Below, piece after piece: positions 46,672 through 56,493 of a DNA stretch of 64,000 bases (the first letter of the stretch is position 1; each line of letters begins with the position of its first letter). The stretch comes from an uncultured Bdellovibrionales bacterium (GTDB lineage: Bacteria > Bdellovibrionota > UBA1018 > CAIPTA01), in the NCBI GenBank assembly GCA_964612065.1, contig CAZTCD010000006.1, positions 172 to 64,171 of the forward strand, given 5' to 3'. Below the pieces are notes generated by a model, which was given only the letters and a program-made list of their open reading frames with translations, was not told the origin of the DNA and did no database searches. The position numbers and the translations under genes are program-made.

Positions 46672-47754
46672 CTACCGTGTGCTGGTTTTTTCGGCCCGGT
46701 TCGCGTCGCTGAAATGAAAGATCGCGAACGAGGCCAGCCAGTGCGTGCCTCCATAGCCGGAATCAAACATCAGCGTGATCCCCTTTTGGGCATGGGCCTC
46801 CGCGCTTTCGAGGAGTAGTTTTCTCCGCGGGGAGTTTTTCGCCAAGGTAAGCGCCACGGCTTTCATCGAGGCTGCCTTCTGGAACATCAGGCCGATCTGG
46901 TGGCCGAGGAACGGATCCTTGATGTCGTTGGGCACCACGGGCGTGAGGATCGGATTTCCCTTTTTGATATGGCCGAGCATGGCCGCCTCCCATTTGCCAT
47001 AGGCCTTGGCATCGAGCACACGGCGCATGAGATCCGCTTCGATGAAGCAGGGAGAGATGAAATCGTAGGGGCCTGGTTCGAATTCCACCGGGCAGTGCTT
47101 ATCATTCAGAAAAAAATCTTTCGCGCGGGCCCGGATTTTCTCCTTCAGGGCCTGGTGCCCTGAGCTGTCCGCGTAATCGAGCAAATGCATCATGGCATAG
47201 GCGGTATTGTCGTGGGTGCCCACCCGGTTGGGGCGGTTCAAGCGGTCGAGGCTGGCAAGGTATCGCTCCACGAAAAGATCGGCGATCGGCTGAAGGGTGG
47301 CTCTCCATTCCATGGCTTTGGGATGCTGGAAGGAATCGAGCTCTTCCAGGAGGCGGAAGAACCAACCGTAGCCATAGGGATTTTCGAATCCTTCCTTGGT
47401 GCGGAGAAACTTCAGCTCGCCCTCGATGTTTTCTTTGGTCAGGTGGCGCGAAAGGGTTTCTTCAATCTTGCCCGCGAGTTCCATCCCGGGGAAGGTTTTC
47501 CACACACGCAGCATGGCCCAATGGCCGTGCACAGCGGAGTGCCAATCGTAGCAGCCGTAAAAAGCGGGATGCCTTTCCTTGGGATCGATTTTGCCCTCAA
47601 AGCGCTCCCAATAGTTGGGGAGCACGGTATCCACGCAGTGAAGAGAAAGCTCCACGAAGCCGGATGCCATCTCTTTTCCCCATTGGGCTGGAGGAGCGGC
47701 AGCATAGGTGGACGCAGATAAGAGTACGGATAAGAGAATGGAAGAAAAGCTCAT
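46672..47754 (-). CDS. secreted DUF2891-like protein
   Basis: Signal peptide and the FYGCYDWHSAVHGHW motif. Confidence 0.4.
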   Translation of the reverse strand: MSFSSILLSVLLSASTYAAAPPAQWGKEMASGFVELSLHCVDTVLPNYWERFEGKIDPKERHPAFYGCYDWHSAVHGHWAMLRVWKTFPGMELAGKIEETLSRHLTKENIEGELKFLRTKEGFENPYGYGWFFRLLEELDSFQHPKAMEWRATLQPIADLFVERYLASLDRLNRPNRVGTHDNTAYAMMHLLDYADSSGHQALKEKIRARAKDFFLNDKHCPVEFEPGPYDFISPCFIEADLMRRVLDAKAYGKWEAAMLGHIKKGNPILTPVVPNDIKDPFLGHQIGLMFQKAASMKAVALTLAKNSPRRKLLLESAEAHAQKGITLMFDSGYGGTHWLASFAIFHFSDANRAEKTSTR

Positions 47755-47817
47755 AGGCAGGGATTTTGAACCATCCCTGCCTGCAAATCAATTTTCGCCT
47801 GAGTTGCCGGATTACGC

Positions 47818-48051
47818 CTATTTGATCACGCCGCCGAGCAGGTAACCCATACCGCCACCGGCAATCGCGCCAATCGTGGCTCCCATGGCTCGATCGCCTC
47901 TGCTGGAGAGCGTGTGGCCGAGGTAAGCTCCGATGCCGGCGCCACCGATCACCATCAGCCCTTTTGCCAGCTTGTCATCGGCGCATCCGCTGGTGAACAG
48001 GAGGCTGCCAGTGATGAGAGAGAGCGCTAAAAAACGGCTTATATTCTTCAT
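47818..48051 (-). CDS. glycine-zipper lipoprotein (17-kDa antigen / YMGG-like)
   Basis: Lipobox LLFTSGCA and GxxxG repeats (IGGAGIGAYLG...GATIGAIAGGGMGYLLGG). Confidence 0.5.
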   Translation of the reverse strand: MKNISRFLALSLITGSLLFTSGCADDKLAKGLMVIGGAGIGAYLGHTLSSRGDRAMGATIGAIAGGGMGYLLGGVIK

Positions 48052-48168
48052 TTATTCTCCTGAAAGCAGCCTCCCGAGCCGCATTCCCTATTTTATCAGG
48101 GGAAGAGGCCGCAACAAGATGTCTCCTGGGAGATACACCCCGGAAATCCCTCCAGATTTCAGAGAAGC

Positions 48169-49239
48169 ATGGCGATATCTAAGAGGAAGAGGAGGGGGAT
48201 TTTGCGCCCTGGAGCAGCCATAGTATCGCTGATATGCCTCACGTGGATGCAGGCGGGCCTTTCTGTGTCCTTCGCGGGCGCGGCTCCCGCTCTCGATCTT
48301 AATCAGGTGGAAGCGCAAGAAGTGGCGGCAAAAGCGAATGCCATGGGCGCCGATCAGAGCCTCCAGGCCTCCACCACGAAAGCGATGCAGGCCCTCATCC
48401 AATTCAGTGATTCCGATCTCACCGGCGCGGTGAAGAGCGCTTACCATGCCTATGGCTCATTCAAGACCGCGGAAGATCTCGACAGGGTTCGCAAACGGAA
48501 TATCCTCACCAAGGCGGGGATGGGCTCGGATGGCTCCGTGAGCGTAAGCGAGGAAGACGCGGCCTTTCTCGCCTCCCGCACTTCCTATCGAAGGGTGGAC
48601 GCTTCCTTCCTCGCCCAAGGGGAGGCTTCCAAAATCGCCGATGAATTCGAGAAGAAAACAGGCATCAAGCGCAAGGATTTTCTCGATCAACTGGCCGGGG
48701 TTTCCGAGGCGAAGCTTTTTGTCAGCGATCCCAAGCTCGCGGAAAAGGTGAGCTCGGATTTCAATTCCTTCGTGGAAAAAATCCCGAATGCGGAGTTCAA
48801 GGCGAAGGTGAAAAGCGCCGTAGCTCTGATCCCTGATCTCACCAAGAGCCAGCTTCTGATGCAGGCCGTGCAGAAGGCCGTACAGATCGCTTCGAAAACC
48901 ATGCCTTCCGCCTCGGATCTTCAGCTGGCCGAAAACGTGCGAGTGGGCCCTCCGGCGGAGAAAAAGGTGGAAGAGGTGAGAGCGCCCGCGGGAGTTGCGG
49001 CAGCCCCGGAGGCCGCGCCAGAGGAGAAAGAAGAAAAAGAAGCAAAGGACGAGGAGCTGGAGATCGCGCCCAGGGTGAATCTCACTTCCGACCAAATGGC
49101 CCGCAGCTACGGGCGGGAAACCGGCGATCCCGTGCTGGGAAGCGTGGTGCGGGCGGCGATGGGCGAGGCCAGAGACGAAGAGACGATTTTCCGGATCGTT
49201 ACCAAGCGTTACCGCATCCTAACGCCGCAGCTCCAATAG
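48169..49239 (+). CDS. secreted hypothetical protein, paralog of 23645..24805
   Basis: Shares EFEKKTGIKRKDF...DPKL and the C-terminal ETIFRIVTKRYRILTP with the other copy. Confidence 0.45.
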   Translation: MAISKRKRRGILRPGAAIVSLICLTWMQAGLSVSFAGAAPALDLNQVEAQEVAAKANAMGADQSLQASTTKAMQALIQFSDSDLTGAVKSAYHAYGSFKTAEDLDRVRKRNILTKAGMGSDGSVSVSEEDAAFLASRTSYRRVDASFLAQGEASKIADEFEKKTGIKRKDFLDQLAGVSEAKLFVSDPKLAEKVSSDFNSFVEKIPNAEFKAKVKSAVALIPDLTKSQLLMQAVQKAVQIASKTMPSASDLQLAENVRVGPPAEKKVEEVRAPAGVAAAPEAAPEEKEEKEAKDEELEIAPRVNLTSDQMARSYGRETGDPVLGSVVRAAMGEARDEETIFRIVTKRYRILTPQLQ

Positions 49240-49240
49240 G

Positions 49241-49612
49241 CTATTTCCACTTCGAAGCGTCTTTGCAGTCCGCGGTCGCCAATTTTCCCTTGGTTTGCTC
49301 TGCCTCGAATCTTCCGCCGGCGCAGTTGCCGAGCTTCTCTCCCCAGGATTGGCCGTCGGCGGGTTGTTTGAATTTCTCCGGCATCTCTTTATCCAGATCC
49401 GTAATGCAGGTGCTTAGCGCGGCGGTGGCGGCCTTTTTGCAGCTCTCTTCTGTGCCTTGAAAGCACTTTCGAAAATAGGCTTTCTCTCCGCAGAAAGAGG
49501 CGGGCAAGCCAGCCTTGAAGGCTTCCAGAAATTTCGTCTTGGTAACCATGATCGTGGTTTCCGCAGCGAAAGAGGGAGAGGAAAGAAGCAAAGCGGCAAT
49601 TAGAAATCTCAT
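49241..49612 (-). CDS. hypothetical secreted Cys-containing protein
   Basis: Signal peptide MRFLIAALLLSSPSFA. Confidence 0.3.
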   Translation of the reverse strand: MRFLIAALLLSSPSFAAETTIMVTKTKFLEAFKAGLPASFCGEKAYFRKCFQGTEESCKKAATAALSTCITDLDKEMPEKFKQPADGQSWGEKLGNCAGGRFEAEQTKGKLATADCKDASKWK

Positions 49613-49734
49613 GCTCTCAGGATAACGCGGCTGCAAAAGGGTTCAATCCGGAAAATTGTCTTCTTAAGGATATTTGACGGAATCTTTCCCCTTCTTTCGT
49701 TCCGCTCGCTCCGGTTTGATGGTATCGAAACCGG

Positions 49735-50205
49735 ATGAAACTAATTCCTTCGATTCTTGTGATGGCTCTTCTTGCTTCCACTTCCGCTTTCGGGGCTGAC
49801 CGTATACCGCTCCGGATTAAGGCGGAGTTCACCCGCTTGCGCGCTCTCGTGGAGAAGCTTGAACCCGAATTCGTGGTAGGCGGCTACCTGAAGGGCAAGA
49901 AATATGGCGACCACGAGCTTCTTTGGAAGCTGGCCGGCGAACCAGGCGAAGCCGAAGTGATCCGCATTTTTCGAGATAAGGAAGGAATGAAGAGCTTTGA
50001 AATCACCTTCCACCATAACGATCATATCGTTAAGGGGCGTGAGGTGATCCGGCGTTTCGTGGGCCCCGGCATTTCCGGCTGGCGCAACGATACCATCGAT
50101 TCCCAAACGCTCGAGTACCTGGGCTCGCAGGGAGCCAGGCGTCCTATGCTCGATAGCCGGGATAGAGAGATCCTGAAGCAATGGGATATCGAGCTTTTCG
50201 AGTGA
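49735..50205 (+). CDS. hypothetical secreted protein
   Basis: Signal peptide MKLIPSILVMALLASTSAFG. Confidence 0.3.
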   Translation: MKLIPSILVMALLASTSAFGADRIPLRIKAEFTRLRALVEKLEPEFVVGGYLKGKKYGDHELLWKLAGEPGEAEVIRIFRDKEGMKSFEITFHHNDHIVKGREVIRRFVGPGISGWRNDTIDSQTLEYLGSQGARRPMLDSRDREILKQWDIELFE

Positions 50206-50227
50206 AAGCGCCGTTAAGCTGAGCAAA

Positions 50228-50677
50228 ATGGCGAAATCCAAATCGAAGCAGAAATCGAAAAAGGCGGAGCACTATCCCACCTATGTGCAAAAGGTGAAGG
50301 GAAAGGGCTGGGGAGCGTTTTGTCCCAGAAAAATCCCTAAAGGCACGGTGTTCGATGTGACCACGCTTCTCGTGCTCACGGCAAAAGAAGCGAAGCTGAT
50401 GTCGGGCTCTTCGCTCGAACCCTATTGGTATGAGTTCGGCACCAAGGGGAGGGCGATCGCTCTCGGCCTGGGTTCCATCATGAACCACTCCGACAAACCC
50501 AACTGCAGCTATCATTTCTCGAAGAAGCGCCGCACCCTCCGGTTCTTCGCGCTCCAGGACATTCCGCCTAACGAGGAGCTCACCCACGACTACGGCTGGA
50601 CTTCGGCCGCCTATAAGGCCTATGGGATCATCCGTCATCAGGAGCCGAAGAAGAAGAAGCGCCGCAAGCGGCGCTGA
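50228..50677 (+). CDS. SET-domain protein (putative protein-lysine methyltransferase) with Lys-rich tails
   Basis: GKGWGAF is the GxG motif. Together with NHSDKPN (the NHSxxPN pattern) and EELTHDYG (ELxxDY) this makes a canonical SET core. KSKSKQKSKK is at the N-terminus and KKKKRRKRR at the C-terminus. Confidence 0.65.
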   Translation: MAKSKSKQKSKKAEHYPTYVQKVKGKGWGAFCPRKIPKGTVFDVTTLLVLTAKEAKLMSGSSLEPYWYEFGTKGRAIALGLGSIMNHSDKPNCSYHFSKKRRTLRFFALQDIPPNEELTHDYGWTSAAYKAYGIIRHQEPKKKKRRKRR

Positions 50678-50735
50678 ATTTATTGAGGTCCGGCGCCGGA
50701 GTGGATAGTTTGGATTTGCTCTATAGAGGAATGAG

Positions 50736-52001
50736 ATGAAAGAGCTAATCACCGTTGCCATTCAGTGGCTCGAACAACACGATCTAACGAGCACCTCATT
50801 GATTCTTCTCCTTTTCCTCGTACCCAGGATTTTGAATCGCTTTGGGATTCCTCTGGCTGTGGGTGCCTTCGCGATAGGAATGGTTTTCTCCCTGGAGGCG
50901 AGCTACTTTCAGGCCGAGCAGGTGGTTCCCACATTCGCGTTTCTTGGTATCGTGTCTCTCTTTGCATTTGCTGGCCTGGAGGTGGATCTTGACGAGCTTA
51001 AAGCCCGCTCCAAAATGCTTGGCACTCTCATGGTGCTCCGGCTTTTGCTGATCCTTGGTGCCGCGTGGTTGGTGGGCAATATACTTCAGATCGGCCCTGC
51101 GGCTTCGATTCTGTTCGCGCTCGCGGTGGTAACCCCATCCGCCGGCTTTATTCTCGATTCTCTGCAGGAATTGAAAATTGCGCCGGAACAGAAAGATCTG
51201 ATCAAGGTTACAGCGATTTCCAGCGAGCTGATTGCGCTAGGGGCCCTCGTGCTGGCTCAGGCCAAGAGCCCGCTTTTAGGTGTAATCTCGCTCTCTGCAA
51301 TTCTCGTGATTGCATTGTTTTTACCCAAGGTTTTTCGTTTGTTCGCCACGGGTGCCAGCAAGGTATCGAGCGGAGCCGATTTCACCTTCCTTTTGCTGCT
51401 CGCCGTTCTTCTCGGCACCATCACGAAGAAAATGGGTGCTTACTATCTGGTGGGCGCGTTCATCGTTGGGTTTGCGCTTCGTCTTTATCAGAGAAGCGAG
51501 CGATCGGGTTCTTCGCACGAGCTGATGTCGGCCGTGCGCTATTTTTCCGCTTTTTTCATGCCTTTCTATTTTTTCTATGCGGGGATCAAAACCGGTTTTT
51601 CCGTATTCACGGGAAGCGGAATTCTGATCGGCGTATTGCTCGCTCTTGTGATTGCGCCTTTTAGATTGTTCGTGAGCTTCGCTCACCGGAAGTTTATTTT
51701 GAAAGAGGCTTCGCCCGAAGCTTTTACGGTTTCCACGAGCCTGCTTCCCACGCTTGTCTTCGGGCTGGTACTGATTGATATACTCGAAGATTCTTATCAG
51801 ATCCCGCAGGAGCTGATTGCGGGCCTCACCGTTTATACTTTACTGGTAACCACGCTGCCGCCGCTCATCTTGCGCTACACACTAAAGAGCAGTGCATATG
51901 CTGAAATTGCCGAAACGGACTCTCCCATGGAGTTTCCGCTGGAGCATGGCTGGGGAATGGGACGGGGGCGAGTGATGACCGAGAAGGATCCGCGAGATTG
52001 A
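50736..52001 (+). CDS. cation:proton antiporter family membrane protein
   Basis: 421 aa with about 12 TM helices and Na+/H+-exchanger-like organisation. Confidence 0.55.
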   Translation: MKELITVAIQWLEQHDLTSTSLILLLFLVPRILNRFGIPLAVGAFAIGMVFSLEASYFQAEQVVPTFAFLGIVSLFAFAGLEVDLDELKARSKMLGTLMVLRLLLILGAAWLVGNILQIGPAASILFALAVVTPSAGFILDSLQELKIAPEQKDLIKVTAISSELIALGALVLAQAKSPLLGVISLSAILVIALFLPKVFRLFATGASKVSSGADFTFLLLLAVLLGTITKKMGAYYLVGAFIVGFALRLYQRSERSGSSHELMSAVRYFSAFFMPFYFFYAGIKTGFSVFTGSGILIGVLLALVIAPFRLFVSFAHRKFILKEASPEAFTVSTSLLPTLVFGLVLIDILEDSYQIPQELIAGLTVYTLLVTTLPPLILRYTLKSSAYAEIAETDSPMEFPLEHGWGMGRGRVMTEKDPRD

Positions 52002-52970
52002 TCAGTCCTTCTTGAAGTTCGCAGCGTCGATCAGGGAGTTCACCAGCACGAGCACCTTTTCCTTCGGGCCGCTGTCTTCCGAGCCCAGGGCATGGATCGC
52101 CCGGTTGAACTCCCGGAAAAGAGTGAGCGCCCTTTCGTGCCCTTCTCGGCTCAGGCTGAAAACGCTGAAGCCGATCAGGGATCCCTGAAGAGGTTTCTCC
52201 GGAAGCCGCTCCACGGATTTCGCTGTTTCGGAAAGCCAGTGCAGGATCATGTTCCGCATGCGGAGCTTGTCGGCGCGGTAGTCGATGGCGATCTCGATCG
52301 ATTGGTATTTGCCGTTCTTTTTCTCCACCATGCCTGCAGCTTCGAGCTCGGATAGAGCCGAAGCCACCGCTTTCGGGCTGAGCCCGGAGGCGTGGGAGAG
52401 TATCTCCACTTCGTGTTTCGGGCTGCTCTGGTACTCCTGAAGCAGGAGCGCTTCCATAAGCGAGTCGAGGTAAGGCATGGAATAGGCGAGCTCCCGCTGA
52501 TGCCTGAAGATCGAATATTCTTTGGCCAGCGAAGGCACTTTCGACAGCTCCACCAACGGTTCCAGAAAGCTCAGAAGATTCACGCCTGAGCGAAGGAGAA
52601 GATACACATCAAGAAAAGTGGGCTCTGCCTTGCCGCTCAGCCAGCGTGAGATCTTGGAGCGATCGAGGCGGGTGGATTTGGAAACCAGGCCGATGGGTTT
52701 CCCGGCGAGCAGCGTTTTTGTGAGAGGCCCTGTGGCCCGAAGATCGCCTTTATAGCCCAGGTAGAGCTCCACCTGTTCGCGCAGCGGGAGCTTGCGCACC
52801 TCACAGACCGAAACAAAGTCGCTCCAGAGCAGGCGCCTCTCGCTTTTCTCCCAGCGAGCCACCTGATTGAAGGAATAGCCAAGCTTCGCGCTCAGGGCGG
52901 AAGAGGACAAACGCCCTCGAAGGGTACGTAAGAGATCCGCCTGAATTTTCTGTAAGTTAGCCGCGGCCAT
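52002..52970 (-). CDS. hypothetical protein with N-terminal HTH-like region (TIGR02147-like)
   Basis: LSAKLGYSFNQVARWE reads as an XRE-like HTH. This is a weak call. Confidence 0.3.
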   Translation of the reverse strand: MAAANLQKIQADLLRTLRGRLSSSALSAKLGYSFNQVARWEKSERRLLWSDFVSVCEVRKLPLREQVELYLGYKGDLRATGPLTKTLLAGKPIGLVSKSTRLDRSKISRWLSGKAEPTFLDVYLLLRSGVNLLSFLEPLVELSKVPSLAKEYSIFRHQRELAYSMPYLDSLMEALLLQEYQSSPKHEVEILSHASGLSPKAVASALSELEAAGMVEKKNGKYQSIEIAIDYRADKLRMRNMILHWLSETAKSVERLPEKPLQGSLIGFSVFSLSREGHERALTLFREFNRAIHALGSEDSGPKEKVLVLVNSLIDAANFKKD

Positions 52971-53083
52971 TGGAAATTATTTTAACCAAAATTGCTTACG
53001 GGTGTGCAATTTCGGAAGGGAAACAAGGGGGGAGCCTTTACCTTTCTTGCCTACTTATGACTTGCTGAGTTAATCCACAGTGC

Positions 53084-53629
53084 ATGACCCTGAATGTCCA
53101 CGATACGGGGACCCAGGAAGCTACCGCCGGGGGGCTGGTAGTTTTCTCCGTACGTGGACATACCTGTACCTTGCCGAACGCCCACTGGTACGCGGGCGCT
53201 TTGCAGTCACTACGGCCTCCTCATTCACCCTTAGGGGGGGAAGAACCCCAGGTGCTTTGGCTCCTGGAGGAGAATGAGGAAGCGGCGCGAGTTCTAGGGG
53301 AGCTTGCGCCGGGCGTTGCTCTGGTGGGAATCGAGACCCTGAATTCCCAGCGCCCAGTCGTAGTTGTATCCGGACCTTCGGCAAGGTGCAGGGCCCTTTT
53401 ATCCTCGGCTCGGGCGGCGGAAGCCCTGAGTATCATCCTTGAATCCAGCGCCACACAGGCTGTTGCTCCTTCGGACGAGGGCGAGATCCTGATTTTGGGC
53501 GGCGGGCCCGGCGAAGCCGCTTGTTTGGCGGGAATCATTTGCTCGCTTTGGCGTTTGTCAAAAAGCAAAAGGAGAGCCGATGTGCTGGAGGCGCTGCTGG
53601 AGTTGGCGCATACCTCTTCCCGTACCTAA
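53084..53629 (+). CDS. hypothetical protein
   Basis: 181 aa with no domain recognised. Confidence 0.25.
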   Translation: MTLNVHDTGTQEATAGGLVVFSVRGHTCTLPNAHWYAGALQSLRPPHSPLGGEEPQVLWLLEENEEAARVLGELAPGVALVGIETLNSQRPVVVVSGPSARCRALLSSARAAEALSIILESSATQAVAPSDEGEILILGGGPGEAACLAGIICSLWRLSKSKRRADVLEALLELAHTSSRT

Positions 53630-53643
53630 TGCTGCTAATGCGC

Positions 53644-55842
53644 CTAGTGCAGGTTTTTCTCCACGGTTCTGAGAAGAGCCTCGTGTTGTACGGGCTTGGT
53701 GAGGAAGTCGGTGAAACCGATCTGCAAAGCCTTGGTTCGGTGTTCATTGAGAGCATGAGCGGTAAGGGCGATGATCGGCATGGTCATTCCTTCCTCTCTG
53801 AGCCTCCGGGTGGCTTCGTATCCGTCCATCTCGGGCATTTGGATGTCCATCAGGATCAGGTCGAAATCCTTTGCCCTGGCTTTGTCGAGGGCTTCCAGCC
53901 CGTTTTCCGCCACGGACACGTCGGCTCCGCAATCCTTGAGGTAGGCTTCGATCCACACCACATTGTCGGGAGAATCTTCCGCCAGGAGGATCTTCGTTCC
54001 GGGCGGGATCTGGCAAGGAGCTTCCGAGGCGTGCGCGGAACCCTCGGATAAAGAGGCTCCTTCAATGTGGAGGGGAGCCGCCGCATTCGCCTGGAAGGTG
54101 ATTTCGAAAGCGGAGCCTTTGCCCGGATGGCTGTGCATGAGCCTCACTTCCCCCCCGAGAAGGTGGGAGATTTTCCGGGAAAGAGAGAGGCCGAGGCCGG
54201 TGCCGCCGTACTTTCTGGTGTGGCTGTTGTCGCCCTGGGTGAAATCGTTGAACAACTGCTTCTGCTGCTCTTCCGACAACCCGATCCCGCTATCGGTAAC
54301 CGTGATGCGCACCAGATCATTGTCGTAGGGAAGGAGGCGCACTTCGATCGAGCCTCCATGGGTGAATTTCACCGCGTTGCTGATCAGGTTCGAAAGGATC
54401 TGCCTCACGCGCACGGGGTCGCTGTTGATGATGGTGGGGCTGCCGTGCACTTTGGTGAGCCTGAGGTCCACGCCTTTTTCCAGGGTGCGGGGGCTGAACT
54501 CCTCCACGATCGATGAGGCAAGATCGGGCAGGGAGAAGTCGATTTTCTCGATCACCAAACGGTTGGCCTCGATTTTGGAAAAGTCGCGGATGTCGTCAAT
54601 CAGCCGGAGGAGCTGCTGGCCGTTTCTCTTCACGATCTCCCAGGAGCGCGAACGATCGGCGGGCGGAACTTTTTCTTTCGAAAGAAGATCGGTAACCCCG
54701 AGCACCACGCCAAGAGGGGTGCGAAGCTCGTGGCTCATATTGGCGAGGAATTCTCCTTTGGCTTTGTCTCTAGAGCGAAGCAGATCGGAGGCCGTGAGCA
54801 GCGAGGAGCGAAGCTCTTCGAGCTCGCGGATCCTGGAATTCGGGATCTGCGGAGTGCGGCCTCTGGCCAGTGTGGCAGCTCCGTTGGCCCCGGCCCGGAT
54901 AGATTTTTTCAGCCAGCGGGAAAAGTAAAACGCGGTAAGGCCCGAGAGAAAGAGGATGAAGACGCCGGCAAGGATCACGGTGAGGTGGGTTTGCCGGGCG
55001 GTGGCGTCCAGATAGTCTCTGGGCACGGCTACCGCGGCATACCAGCCTGATACCGGGGCCCGGCGGTAGGAGGAATAGGAGCGCTCTCCTTCGAGAGTAA
55101 AGGTGGAGTGAAGGCCGTGGTCGGATTCTTTGAAGAGATTTCTGAGCGTTTCGGAGGCGGGCGCCCCCACGAATTTCTCTGGGGATCTGGAGCGTGCGCC
55201 CAGGATTCCTTCCGGATCCACGATGGCCCGCACTGATTCTCCGGGGGCCTGGGAGAATCGCTGCACCAGGGTATGGAGCGCGTTCGTGGAAATCACCGCG
55301 GAGAGGATGTAAACAACTTTTCCTTTGCCGTTCAATACGGGAACCCTGATGGCGAAGGCATGGGTGAAATCGGTTTTCAGTTCCGGCGGCAACCGGATCA
55401 GCTTGCTCACGGTGGGTTTCGCGTTCAGCGAAAGCTCGCGAAGGCTATCGGGTTCGAGAGCGGGCCCGAGCCTTTGCCCGAAGGGGAGGCGGGCGTTCAG
55501 GAGCCAATCCCCATTGGCCGAGTGGAGGAGGATGCTGCTCCAGGTGGGCTGAGAGCGGAGGATTTCGGAAAGCTGGCGGTGGAAGGAGCGCCATTCCTGC
55601 TCCCGAAGAGGCACCGAGCGGCTGATCGCTTCGAGGGTGCGGATCGTGGAAACCACTTCCTGATCGAAAGCGAGGGCCAGTTCATCGGCGGTTTTGCGAA
55701 GAAGGCGCTCACTGGTTTCGCGCTCGTCTCGAAGGAGGCGGTTGGTCACGGCCACGGAAAAGATCAGCACCGGCAGCACGGCGAGGGCTACGATGGCGGT
55801 AAAGTAGGATTGGAGTGATAGGTTGATCGAGCGCCTGGCCAT
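53644..55842 (-). CDS. hybrid sensor histidine kinase / response regulator with periplasmic sensor domain
   Basis: TM, periplasmic domain, TM, then HisKA (MSHELRTPLG), HATPase and a C-terminal REC domain (DLILMDIQMPEMDG). An alternative start lies at 55875. Confidence 0.8.
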   Translation of the reverse strand: MARRSINLSLQSYFTAIVALAVLPVLIFSVAVTNRLLRDERETSERLLRKTADELALAFDQEVVSTIRTLEAISRSVPLREQEWRSFHRQLSEILRSQPTWSSILLHSANGDWLLNARLPFGQRLGPALEPDSLRELSLNAKPTVSKLIRLPPELKTDFTHAFAIRVPVLNGKGKVVYILSAVISTNALHTLVQRFSQAPGESVRAIVDPEGILGARSRSPEKFVGAPASETLRNLFKESDHGLHSTFTLEGERSYSSYRRAPVSGWYAAVAVPRDYLDATARQTHLTVILAGVFILFLSGLTAFYFSRWLKKSIRAGANGAATLARGRTPQIPNSRIRELEELRSSLLTASDLLRSRDKAKGEFLANMSHELRTPLGVVLGVTDLLSKEKVPPADRSRSWEIVKRNGQQLLRLIDDIRDFSKIEANRLVIEKIDFSLPDLASSIVEEFSPRTLEKGVDLRLTKVHGSPTIINSDPVRVRQILSNLISNAVKFTHGGSIEVRLLPYDNDLVRITVTDSGIGLSEEQQKQLFNDFTQGDNSHTRKYGGTGLGLSLSRKISHLLGGEVRLMHSHPGKGSAFEITFQANAAAPLHIEGASLSEGSAHASEAPCQIPPGTKILLAEDSPDNVVWIEAYLKDCGADVSVAENGLEALDKARAKDFDLILMDIQMPEMDGYEATRRLREEGMTMPIIALTAHALNEHRTKALQIGFTDFLTKPVQHEALLRTVEKNLH

Positions 55843-56069
55843 TGGGTGTCCGCAGCTTATTCTGGGAGAAGCCAAAACTCACGGCTAAGTTGTGGGAAGA
55901 ATAGGGGAATTATGCCTCTATAAATTATAGAGGAACCAGGTGTCGGATCCTAGTGGTGTGAATTCATGAATGATTTCGAGCATGCTGGCTCTTGAGCATT
56001 TCCTGACACAGCCGCTGTGCTTTTGCGATAGAAAGGTGCCACCCGAAACCCCTGTATGGAGACCTATAT

Positions 56070-56342
56070 ATGAAGTCTATGATCGCTCTCTTTGCTTTAC
56101 TCGCCCTTCCCGTTAGCTCGGCTTTCGCTACGAGCTATGTGACCTTTCCCCAAGCTGCCTGCAATGGCGGGGGCGGAGGTTGGGGACCGCTGAAAGTGGA
56201 AGCCAATGCCTGCGAAGAAGTAGGCACGGGCTCTTTCGAGGTGAACGAAGGTGGCCACTGCAATGGTTACCGGGATAGCGTGATCTATTGCCGCAATGGG
56301 AAGATCTCTGGCTACGAGCTCAAAGATTGCTTCTGCGATTGA
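56070..56342 (+). CDS. small secreted cysteine-rich protein
   Basis: 90 aa with a signal peptide and 8 Cys. Confidence 0.3.
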   Translation: MKSMIALFALLALPVSSAFATSYVTFPQAACNGGGGGWGPLKVEANACEEVGTGSFEVNEGGHCNGYRDSVIYCRNGKISGYELKDCFCD

Positions 56343-56493
56343 TCTCTCTTGGGAAAACTTGTCCTACGAGCTGCGAATTTGGCCCTTCGTGCCCGCTGCT
56401 CGCCCTGGAAAAATGCCTCCAGGCTGGTTCGGCTCTTGCACTCAGCCCATGCTTAATGGTTGAAATGAGCCCATCACCAGCTTCGGGGGTTTT

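Noticed and set aside
47933-48223. 96-aa plus ORF between the glycine-zipper lipoprotein and paralog B
   Set aside because: It overlaps the lipoprotein gene antisense. It has low complexity and no RBS-like context.
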